Virus record (IMG/VR): IMGVR_UViG_2852055501_000011
Location: 20,357-84,356 of that record
Strand: one strand, 5' to 3'
Origin: a virus
Lineage: Duplodnaviria > Caudoviricetes
DNA: 64,000 nt
Shown: positions 57,738 through 64,000 of the stretch, piece after piece
Layout: each line of letters begins with the position of its first letter
Numbering within the stretch: the stretch's first letter is position 1
The notes under the pieces: generated by a model
What the model was told of the DNA's origin: nothing
What the model saw: only the letters and a program-made list of their open reading frames with translations
Databases searched by the model: none
Translations under genes and position numbers: made by a program

Positions 57738-57973
57738 CAATGTCAGCACGCCCATTAAAAGTTAAATGTATTCGTGATAATGGTTGCCCGTTTTGGACTG
57801 AGGGTAATGAATACCCGGCTAAATTTTACATCTCCGGATTTCTCATGATTGGAGATGATGATAACCCTGACGCCGAATGGTCAGCATCACTCGTTGATGG
57901 CAGCGAATTTTATACAGTTGACGGCCTTGATTATTTGGCTCAGTTCGAACTACTGGATAGCGCGGAAAAATAG
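57734..57973 (+). CDS. Hypothetical protein
   Basis: VKCIRD..WTEGNEY; coupled to the upstream gene. Confidence 0.65.
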   Translation: MTMSARPLKVKCIRDNGCPFWTEGNEYPAKFYISGFLMIGDDDNPDAEWSASLVDGSEFYTVDGLDYLAQFELLDSAEK

Positions 57974-58024
57974 CAGCCCAACTCTCTTTCACACAGAAGT
58001 AACCAATCAAAAAAGGAATTAATC

Positions 58025-58216
58025 ATGAAATTCACAGAATCAGAAACAAACCCAATGGGTAACAAGATTCAATCAATAACCATCGGTGATATCACTATTT
58101 CACAATTCGGAGACGGCCAATTGTGGCTTGAGGATTCCGTTGCTGATGACTCTGGGGCATTTCCGGAAAAAGACATCGCCGATGTTCTCAAGAAGTTTTA
58201 CGAAAGCAACTTTTAA
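58025..58216 (+). CDS. Hypothetical protein
   Basis: AAGGA RBS, 63 aa. Confidence 0.6.
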   Translation: MKFTESETNPMGNKIQSITIGDITISQFGDGQLWLEDSVADDSGAFPEKDIADVLKKFYESNF

Positions 58217-58272
58217 CTCCACACAGAACTAACCCACCCTATCCCACCTCGGGATATCAGCAGGTAAACAAC

Positions 58273-58425
58273 ATGAAAACTAAACCTTGTCGCGCAATGC
58301 TCGATGGTTGCGCGGTGCGTATTGTCACGCCTCAAGCCAAGCGGAATAAGCACGTTCCTCGCTGGGTTGAGTATTTAGCACTTGTCATTGTCGCCGCCGT
58401 AGCTGTTATCCCTACGGCGATGTAA
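58273..58425 (+). CDS. Small membrane peptide (50 aa)
   Basis: MKTKPCRAM..WVEYLALVIVAAVAVIPTAM; CAGG RBS. Confidence 0.5.
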   Translation: MKTKPCRAMLDGCAVRIVTPQAKRNKHVPRWVEYLALVIVAAVAVIPTAM

Positions 58426-58434
58426 GGGGGATTT

Positions 58435-58698
58435 ATGCAGAGACTGGAAATATCCGGAGGACAGACATCATCACGGACGGTGCTTGGCCGGAAAGTAACA
58501 ACGCATGAAGGGTTCGACCACATTACCGGAAGTCTGAGTCAGCTCCTCGGTTCGTCAGCATGGAGCATGAACGAACTGGTCGAATTCATGATCAACAACG
58601 AATACATGGACGATTTCACGGACGAGTTAATCAAGGCCGGACACGGAAGTTCTTTCTTCGCACGGATAGCGGAGAAGATGCGCAAGGAGGCAGCATGA
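58435..58698 (+). CDS. Hypothetical protein
   Basis: GGGGG RBS; ends KEAA overlapping the next start. Confidence 0.6.
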   Translation: MQRLEISGGQTSSRTVLGRKVTTHEGFDHITGSLSQLLGSSAWSMNELVEFMINNEYMDDFTDELIKAGHGSSFFARIAEKMRKEAA

Positions 58699-58925
58699 AC
58701 GCATACGCAGCACAGGATGCTCAGGAAGAGCGGCGGCTGGAGCATGCTGCATGGCAGGATGCCGTGGACACGGAAGTCAGCGAAATGACAACGGATGCTT
58801 TCAATAAACTCCCTCAGCGCCTTCTGGATGAAGTAAGCGAGGACCTTCAAGAGGCGATATGGAAATCACTTTTTGACGTTATTGGCAATATCAGGAGTTC
58901 GTATGCAGCCAGGTATCTACGATGA
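58695..58925 (+). CDS. Hypothetical protein upstream of recE
   Basis: MNAYAAQDAQEERR; AGGAGG RBS. Confidence 0.65.
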   Translation: MNAYAAQDAQEERRLEHAAWQDAVDTEVSEMTTDAFNKLPQRLLDEVSEDLQEAIWKSLFDVIGNIRSSYAARYLR

Positions 58926-59721
58926 CATCAGTAACGATGATTATCACAACGGGCCCGGGATAAGTAAATCACAGCTGGACCTTATCGAACAGTCACCGGC
59001 CGACTTTATCTGGCAACGGAATGCCCCGGTGGATGAGGAAAAAATAAAGGCTCTGGATTTCGGGACCGCTGTTCACTGCCTTTTGCTTGAGCCAGATGAG
59101 TTCAATAACCGGTACAGGATAGGGCCGGAAGTAAACAGACGCACATCCGCAGGGAAGCAGGAAGAAAAGGAATTCTTCGAAATGTGCGAAAAGGAAGGAA
59201 TCACGCCAATAACCCATGACGACAACAGGAAGCTGATGATCATGCGGGATAGTGCCATGGCCCACCCTATCGCCAAATGGTGCCTTGAAGCTGACGGAAA
59301 AGCCGAGAGCAGTATTTACTGGAAGGACAAGGAAACGGACATTCTTTGCCGGTGCAGGCCGGACAAACTGATAGGGCAACACGGATGGATTGTCGATGTG
59401 AAAAGCACCGCGGATATGGCCCGCTTCGAACGTGCTTTTTACGATATGCGCTATCACGTTCAGGACGCGTTTTACTCAGACGGATATAAGGACCTGTCCG
59501 GAGAGTTGCCGGTGTTCGTATTTCTCGCGGTCAGCACAACAATCGACTGCGGAAGATATCCGGTACGTGTATTCATTATGGATGATGTGGCAAAGGATGC
59601 CGGACGGTCCGCATACAAACAAAATCTCAGAACATACGCCGAGTGCATTAAAACGGATGAATGGCCCGGCCTGAGAACACTATCACTGCCACGCTACGCA
59701 AAGGAATTGAGAAATGAGTAA
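58903..59721 (+). CDS. recE: RecE-like exonuclease (ExoVIII nuclease domain only)
   Basis: PGIYDDISNDDYH..GISKSQLD..GTAVH..CRCRPD..DVKST..YHVQDAFY. Confidence 0.92.
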   Translation: MQPGIYDDISNDDYHNGPGISKSQLDLIEQSPADFIWQRNAPVDEEKIKALDFGTAVHCLLLEPDEFNNRYRIGPEVNRRTSAGKQEEKEFFEMCEKEGITPITHDDNRKLMIMRDSAMAHPIAKWCLEADGKAESSIYWKDKETDILCRCRPDKLIGQHGWIVDVKSTADMARFERAFYDMRYHVQDAFYSDGYKDLSGELPVFVFLAVSTTIDCGRYPVRVFIMDDVAKDAGRSAYKQNLRTYAECIKTDEWPGLRTLSLPRYAKELRNE

Positions 59722-60514
59722 CCCACCAATCGCACAGGCGGACCTGCAAAAAGCACAAGGGACCGCGGTTAAAGAAAAAACAAAAGACCAGCAGCTAATC
59801 CAGTTCATAAACCAGCCTGGAATGAAGGCGCAATTATCAGCTGCCCTTCCGCGTCATATAACACCGGACCGCATGATCAGGATTGTCACCACCGAGATAC
59901 GGAAAACCCCATCACTGGCAACCTGTGACATGCAAAGCTTTATCGGCGCAGTTGTCCAGTGCTCGCAACTTGGCCTTGAACCAGGCAACGCATTAGGCCA
60001 CGCCTACCTTCTTCCGTTCGGCAATGGGAAAGCGGCATCAGGGCAATCAAATGTTCAGTTAATTATCGGATACCGCGGCATGATCGACCTCGCCCGCCGG
60101 TCCGGTCAAATAATCAGTATATCTGCCCGCACCGTGCGAGAAGGTGACAGCTTTCATTTTGAATATGGCTTAAACGAGGACCTCACGCACGTACCAGGAG
60201 AAAACGACTCCGGCCCGATCACTCATGTTTACGCCGTGGCCCGTCTGAAAGAGGGAGGTGTTCAGTTTGAGGTTATGTCTTTCTCTCAGATTGAGAAGGT
60301 CCGCGATTCAAGCAAGGCCGGTAAAAACGGCCCGTGGGTATCTCACTGGGAAGAAATGGCGAAAAAGACTGTTATTCGCCGCCTGTTCAAATATCTGCCG
60401 GTATCTATCGAAATGCAAAGGGCCGTCATTCTGGATGAAAAAGCAGAGGCCAACGTGGACCAGGAACACGCATCTATTTTTGAAGGTGAGTACGAAACCG
60501 TATCACCGGAATAA
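59714..60514 (+). CDS. recT: RecT single-strand annealing protein
   Basis: ALPRH..SQLGLEPG..QLIIGYRGMIDLARRSG..MAKKTVIRRLFKYLP. Confidence 0.95.
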   Translation: MSNPPIAQADLQKAQGTAVKEKTKDQQLIQFINQPGMKAQLSAALPRHITPDRMIRIVTTEIRKTPSLATCDMQSFIGAVVQCSQLGLEPGNALGHAYLLPFGNGKAASGQSNVQLIIGYRGMIDLARRSGQIISISARTVREGDSFHFEYGLNEDLTHVPGENDSGPITHVYAVARLKEGGVQFEVMSFSQIEKVRDSSKAGKNGPWVSHWEEMAKKTVIRRLFKYLPVSIEMQRAVILDEKAEANVDQEHASIFEGEYETVSPE

Positions 60515-60643
60515 CCCCACCGTTTCAGGATGAAGCGTAATGCAGGGATGGGCACGCTCATCCAGCAAAGTGGCTCAATGTAGTCATTGTCTTATATCGT
60601 CAGCCGTGTAAACATTGAAGAGCACCCATGCTATGGAGGAGTT

Positions 60644-61045
60644 ATGCTTAAAATATTTACACTTTCTGCTTTAACTGTACTTTCATTTTCAGCCTTTTCT
60701 GTTCCTGAGTTAACTAAAAGCGATCTGAATATACACGCACAAAAAACCACGAATTCCACCTCAGTAATTAAGGGGGACCCATTTTATGTTTCAAAGTTTG
60801 ACGTCAGAATTTCAGGCCCTGATGATAACAAGGTAAAAGGGATAACATGGGTAAGAGATGGGTGTTTTTTTGCCGTTAGTGATGACGGAGATAGGTTTCC
60901 TGCAGGTCAAATGGATGGTGATATGCTCGGGTTTATTATACAAAAATCCTCATTTTCGTATGGCAAAATGGAATTTAAGAGTAAAAATAAAAAAATATAT
61001 GATGCAATATTCATTGATTGGACTCCGGAAGAGTGTCCAAAATAA
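60644..61045 (+). CDS. Secreted moron protein
   Basis: Signal peptide ending SFSAFS, GGAGG RBS, low GC, terminator near 61054-61076. Confidence 0.7.
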   Translation: MLKIFTLSALTVLSFSAFSVPELTKSDLNIHAQKTTNSTSVIKGDPFYVSKFDVRISGPDDNKVKGITWVRDGCFFAVSDDGDRFPAGQMDGDMLGFIIQKSSFSYGKMEFKSKNKKIYDAIFIDWTPEECPK

Positions 61046-61098
61046 ATAAACCGCCCTGCACTAGCAGGGTTTTTTATACCTAAAATTCAGATCTAACC

Positions 61099-61251
61099 AT
61101 GACAATCGGATTTGTATTACCACTGGTGATGCACGGCTCTGCTGTGCCTGTTACCGATGATATTTATACGCTCGAAGAATGTGAGAGCCGCGCAGTGCAG
61201 CTAAAGGCTGTGCGGAATGTTGAATTAGTGTGTGCGGAGGTTTTCAGATGA
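61099..61251 (+). CDS. Small protein, possibly DUF1482-like
   Basis: MTIGFVL..YTLEEC..VC; coupled to the next gene. Confidence 0.45.
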   Translation: MTIGFVLPLVMHGSAVPVTDDIYTLEECESRAVQLKAVRNVELVCAEVFR

Positions 61252-61613
61252 GACAAATTAAAATAAGCTCTGGTGCGTGGCAAAAAGATTTAGAGATGGT
61301 CGTCACTGTTATCGATGAGGATAAATTTAAAACTCAGTGTGAGCAAGTTAATAAATTTTATTGTGATGCAGAGTATAGAGCTAAGAAACATGGAAGCCAT
61401 GAAAAGGCGGGTTTCGCCATGTTCTGTGCTGAGTGTTTTCAGCAAATAGCATTCAATAATTTTAAAGATGAAGAATGGCTGACCGAGCAATTCGACTGGT
61501 CTAAAGATAAAGGAATTGAAGGTTATCCTTCATTAGACGATATGGGTATTCGAATTGATGAAATTGAGTCATGGTTTATTGATTATGACGAAATGGAAAT
61601 TACAGGGTGGTAA
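61248..61613 (+). CDS. Hypothetical protein
   Basis: GGAGG RBS; EGYPSLDDMGIRI. Confidence 0.65.
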   Translation: MRQIKISSGAWQKDLEMVVTVIDEDKFKTQCEQVNKFYCDAEYRAKKHGSHEKAGFAMFCAECFQQIAFNNFKDEEWLTEQFDWSKDKGIEGYPSLDDMGIRIDEIESWFIDYDEMEITGW

Positions 61614-61616
61614 TCG

Positions 61617-62006
61617 ATGAACAAATATCGTGACAAATCAGACTTTGAGATTAATAAGGCTGTGGCTGACTGTTATTTGACGCGGGAATACAGATTCAAC
61701 AGTGCCGATAAAATCGTTGAGCTTATGGATATAGATTTGTCTTGTGAGTTTGGCGGTGAAATTAACCTAAAAGATAAGTACGTCACTGGCGCGTTCGACC
61801 CCTGCAACAACCCGACGGACGCAATGCCGATTATTAAAGACAATCTCATATCGCTGGAGCATGACGGAATAGCATGGCAGGTTAGCTGTGTGCGACATCC
61901 TGAAATAAGCGTTTGGGATGGATGCGAGAATTACAACGATAATTTTTATCGCAAGGCTATGGAATTATTTTTACTGATGAAGGATGCTGAGAATGAAAAA
62001 AGTTGA
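61617..62006 (+). CDS. DUF2591/NinX-like protein
   Basis: SDFEINKAVA and FDPCNNPTDAMPII. Confidence 0.82.
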   Translation: MNKYRDKSDFEINKAVADCYLTREYRFNSADKIVELMDIDLSCEFGGEINLKDKYVTGAFDPCNNPTDAMPIIKDNLISLEHDGIAWQVSCVRHPEISVWDGCENYNDNFYRKAMELFLLMKDAENEKS

Positions 62007-62217
62007 AGCAGTAACGACATTGGTTTTAATTAATGGCGAAACATATCAAATATTACTACCGAAAAACATAGTGGCGCTTCAGGCAAAACAAGCATTAGCA
62101 ATGGCTCAGGAATTTGGCGGAATAATAGTCCCTTGTGATTTTGCCAGCATCAAGCCAATGAAGGCAGACGGGATGCCGTTTGATATAAATGACAGCAGGG
62201 AAGATAATGAAAAATAG
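61993..62217 (+). CDS. Hypothetical protein
   Basis: Overlapping ORF in the early operon. Confidence 0.5.
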   Translation: MKKVEAVTTLVLINGETYQILLPKNIVALQAKQALAMAQEFGGIIVPCDFASIKPMKADGMPFDINDSREDNEK

Positions 62218-62389
62218 TCACCGCTGCGAAATATGCAATATACGACTTAATGAAAGTGAGCGATTTTATTACGGCTACACCTGTGAACAATGTGAACGTC
62301 ATTTCATTACTGAACATGAAGGAAATAAATTAAAAACCGCAATATCGCTCATCAGGCTTTATTTCAGAAAGGTAATTTATTCAGCGTAG
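62207..62389 (+). CDS. Small zinc-finger hypothetical protein
   Basis: CEIC..CEQC. Confidence 0.5.
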   Translation: MKNSHRCEICNIRLNESERFYYGYTCEQCERHFITEHEGNKLKTAISLIRLYFRKVIYSA

Positions 62390-62396
62390 GTGACCA

Positions 62397-62597
62397 ATGA
62401 CACCACAGGAAGCAGAGAACGGACGCAGACGAATAGCAAGGGAATGCCTGAAGGAATTAATGCAGCACACATCAGACGAACAACACACCGCAATACTCGA
62501 TAAATACACCATCAAATTCGCTCCGCTAAATCACATGCGCTTCAACAATAAAGACGTGTTGAGCCATTACGTGCGATTACTGCAAAAGGAGAAATAA
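62397..62597 (+). CDS. Hypothetical protein
   Basis: AGGT RBS, 66 aa, immediately before xis. Confidence 0.6.
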   Translation: MTPQEAENGRRRIARECLKELMQHTSDEQHTAILDKYTIKFAPLNHMRFNNKDVLSHYVRLLQKEK

Positions 62598-62966
62598 ATG
62601 TCAGGAATGACCATATCCAGAAAAGACGCGGCACAGCTGATCGGGATAACGGAAAATACCCTTTCTCAGTGGTGCCGTGCAGGGATAATTGCCTATACCA
62701 GAAAAAATCCCATGAAGAAAAATTCCCCTTACCTATTTACCAGAGCAGCATGTATTGCCGCAGCTAACAAATCGATTCACACTATGCCAGTGAACACTGG
62801 TGAGACTGGAGGAACAAAACCATGTCAATATTCCGGAGAGGTAAGATCTGGTACGGTGACTACTCGACGCCAGGCGGCAAACGCATCAAGGAGTCTCTTG
62901 GCACAGAGGACAAGAAGCAAGCGCAGGAGCTGCACGACAAGCGAAAGTCTGAGTTATGGCGCATAG
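62598..62966 (+). CDS. Excisionase (P22 Xis-like)
   Basis: HTH then [13 protein letters not shown]; overlaps the int start. Confidence 0.8.
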   Translation: MSGMTISRKDAAQLIGITENTLSQWCRAGIIAYTRKNPMKKNSPYLFTRAACIAAANKSIHTMPVNTGETGGTKPCQYSGEVRSGTVTTRRQAANASRSLLAQRTRSKRRSCTTSESLSYGA

Positions 62967-64000
62967 AAAAACTCGGTGACTTCCCGAGCGTAACATTTGA
63001 AGAGGCGATTGTAAGATGGCTGGAAGAGAAAGCCGATAAAAAATCACTGGACGATGACAAAGGTCGGCTTTCATTCTGGCTTGATCACTTCGAGGGGGTT
63101 CAGCTAAAAGACATCACCGAAGCTAAGATATACGCCGCCGTCAGTAAGATGAAAAACAGGAAGGTTCGCGAGAGATGGGAGAAACAAGCTGCCGCGGCGA
63201 AAAATAAAGGGAAAGAAATACCGCCTTACCAGGAGGCGAGGGTATCGACCGCCACAAAAGCAAAGCACCTGGCAATAATGAAGTCACTTTTGCGCACCGC
63301 AGAAGTTGACTGGAAGTGGCTGGAAAAGGCGCCGGTAATTAAAGTGCCGACAGTGAGAGAGAAGCGCGTCAGGTGGCTTGAATACCATGAAGCACAGCGG
63401 TTGATAAAAGAATGCCCAGAGCCTCTGAAGTCGGTTGTTACCTTTGCGCTGGCAACCGGTTTGCGCCGGTCGAACATAATCAGTCTGGAGTGGAGCCAGA
63501 TCGACATGCAGAGAAAGGTTGCGTGGATCCACCCGGAAGACAGCAAGTCAGGGCAGGCAATAGGTGTCGCGCTCAATGATACCGCATGCGGTGTACTGAG
63601 AGCGCAGATCGGGAATCATCATAAGTGGGTATTCGTCCACACCGAGCAGAAAGTAAAGCCTGACGGAACAAAAACACCGGCAGTACGGAAAATGCGGGTC
63701 GATTCTAACACAGCATGGAGAGCAGCGTTAAAACGGGCAGGCATAGAAAACTTCCGGTTTCACGATCTGAGACACACCTGGGCAAGCTGGTTAATTCAGT
63801 CAGGAGTGCCGCTTTCAGTTCTTCAGGAAATGGGCGGATGGGAGTCAGTCGAGATGGTACGCCGGTATGCACACCTCGCACCAAATCACCTAACTCAGCA
63901 TGCAAAAAAAATTGACGTTATTTTCGGCAACGATGACCCAAAATGTCACAGTTCCGTCCCAAATACGTCCCATATGGCAAAAGTGGAGAATTTTAAATGA
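62822..64000 (+). CDS. Tyrosine integrase, DLP12 IntD/P22 Int family
   Basis: [24 protein letters not shown]; closely resembles IntD, which targets argU. Confidence 0.96.
   Translation: MSIFRRGKIWYGDYSTPGGKRIKESLGTEDKKQAQELHDKRKSELWRIEKLGDFPSVTFEEAIVRWLEEKADKKSLDDDKGRLSFWLDHFEGVQLKDITEAKIYAAVSKMKNRKVRERWEKQAAAAKNKGKEIPPYQEARVSTATKAKHLAIMKSLLRTAEVDWKWLEKAPVIKVPTVREKRVRWLEYHEAQRLIKECPEPLKSVVTFALATGLRRSNIISLEWSQIDMQRKVAWIHPEDSKSGQAIGVALNDTACGVLRAQIGNHHKWVFVHTEQKVKPDGTKTPAVRKMRVDSNTAWRAALKRAGIENFRFHDLRHTWASWLIQSGVPLSVLQEMGGWESVEMVRRYAHLAPNHLTQHAKKIDVIFGNDDPKCHSSVPNTSHMAKVENFK

Larger units (their letters stand above)
16317..64000. mobile_element. Prophage B, near-complete lambdoid siphovirus integrated at tRNA-Arg(UCU)
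   Basis: Complete gene set from att to an IntD-like integrase; similar arm-type repeats at both ends. Confidence 0.93.

Overview
The window is almost entirely two tandem lambdoid prophages of an enterobacterium (Morganellaceae-like is my impression only). They are joined at a 45-bp duplicated 3' half of a tRNA-Arg(UCU) gene at 16317-16361. Prophage A (1-16316, left part outside the window) is HK97/SfV/KplE1-like: cos-type terminase, HNH, pinholin/SAR lysis cassette, two DNA methyltransferases, Q, replication, cro/cI, yfdPQR-like genes and an AlpA/TorI-type excisionase. Prophage B (16317 to just past 64000, about 48 kb, apparently near complete) is a siphovirus with holE-like and gtrABC morons, tailspike, an immI-like antirepressor island, head and tail genes, a near-identical lysis cassette, a tRNA(CAU), Q, nin genes, O/DnaB, cII/cro/cI, RecE/RecT, Xis and a DLP12 IntD-like integrase. 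The most notable observations are: (1) a HicA-HicB-SecB-like toxin-antitoxin-chaperone operon in the rexAB slot; (2) two structurally parallel boxA-linked pseudoknotted RNA elements in the PL and PR leaders of a phage with no recognisable N gene; (3) an HD-domain nucleotidase fused to an RNA polymerase alpha-CTD-like domain; (4) a stand-alone antisense sRNA and variable-loop hairpins in the late leader; (5) an unannotated lipoprotein inside both lysis cassettes; (6) a second repressor with a dead peptidase domain. Family assignments come from motif recognition, not database searches, and RNA pairings were checked by eye.
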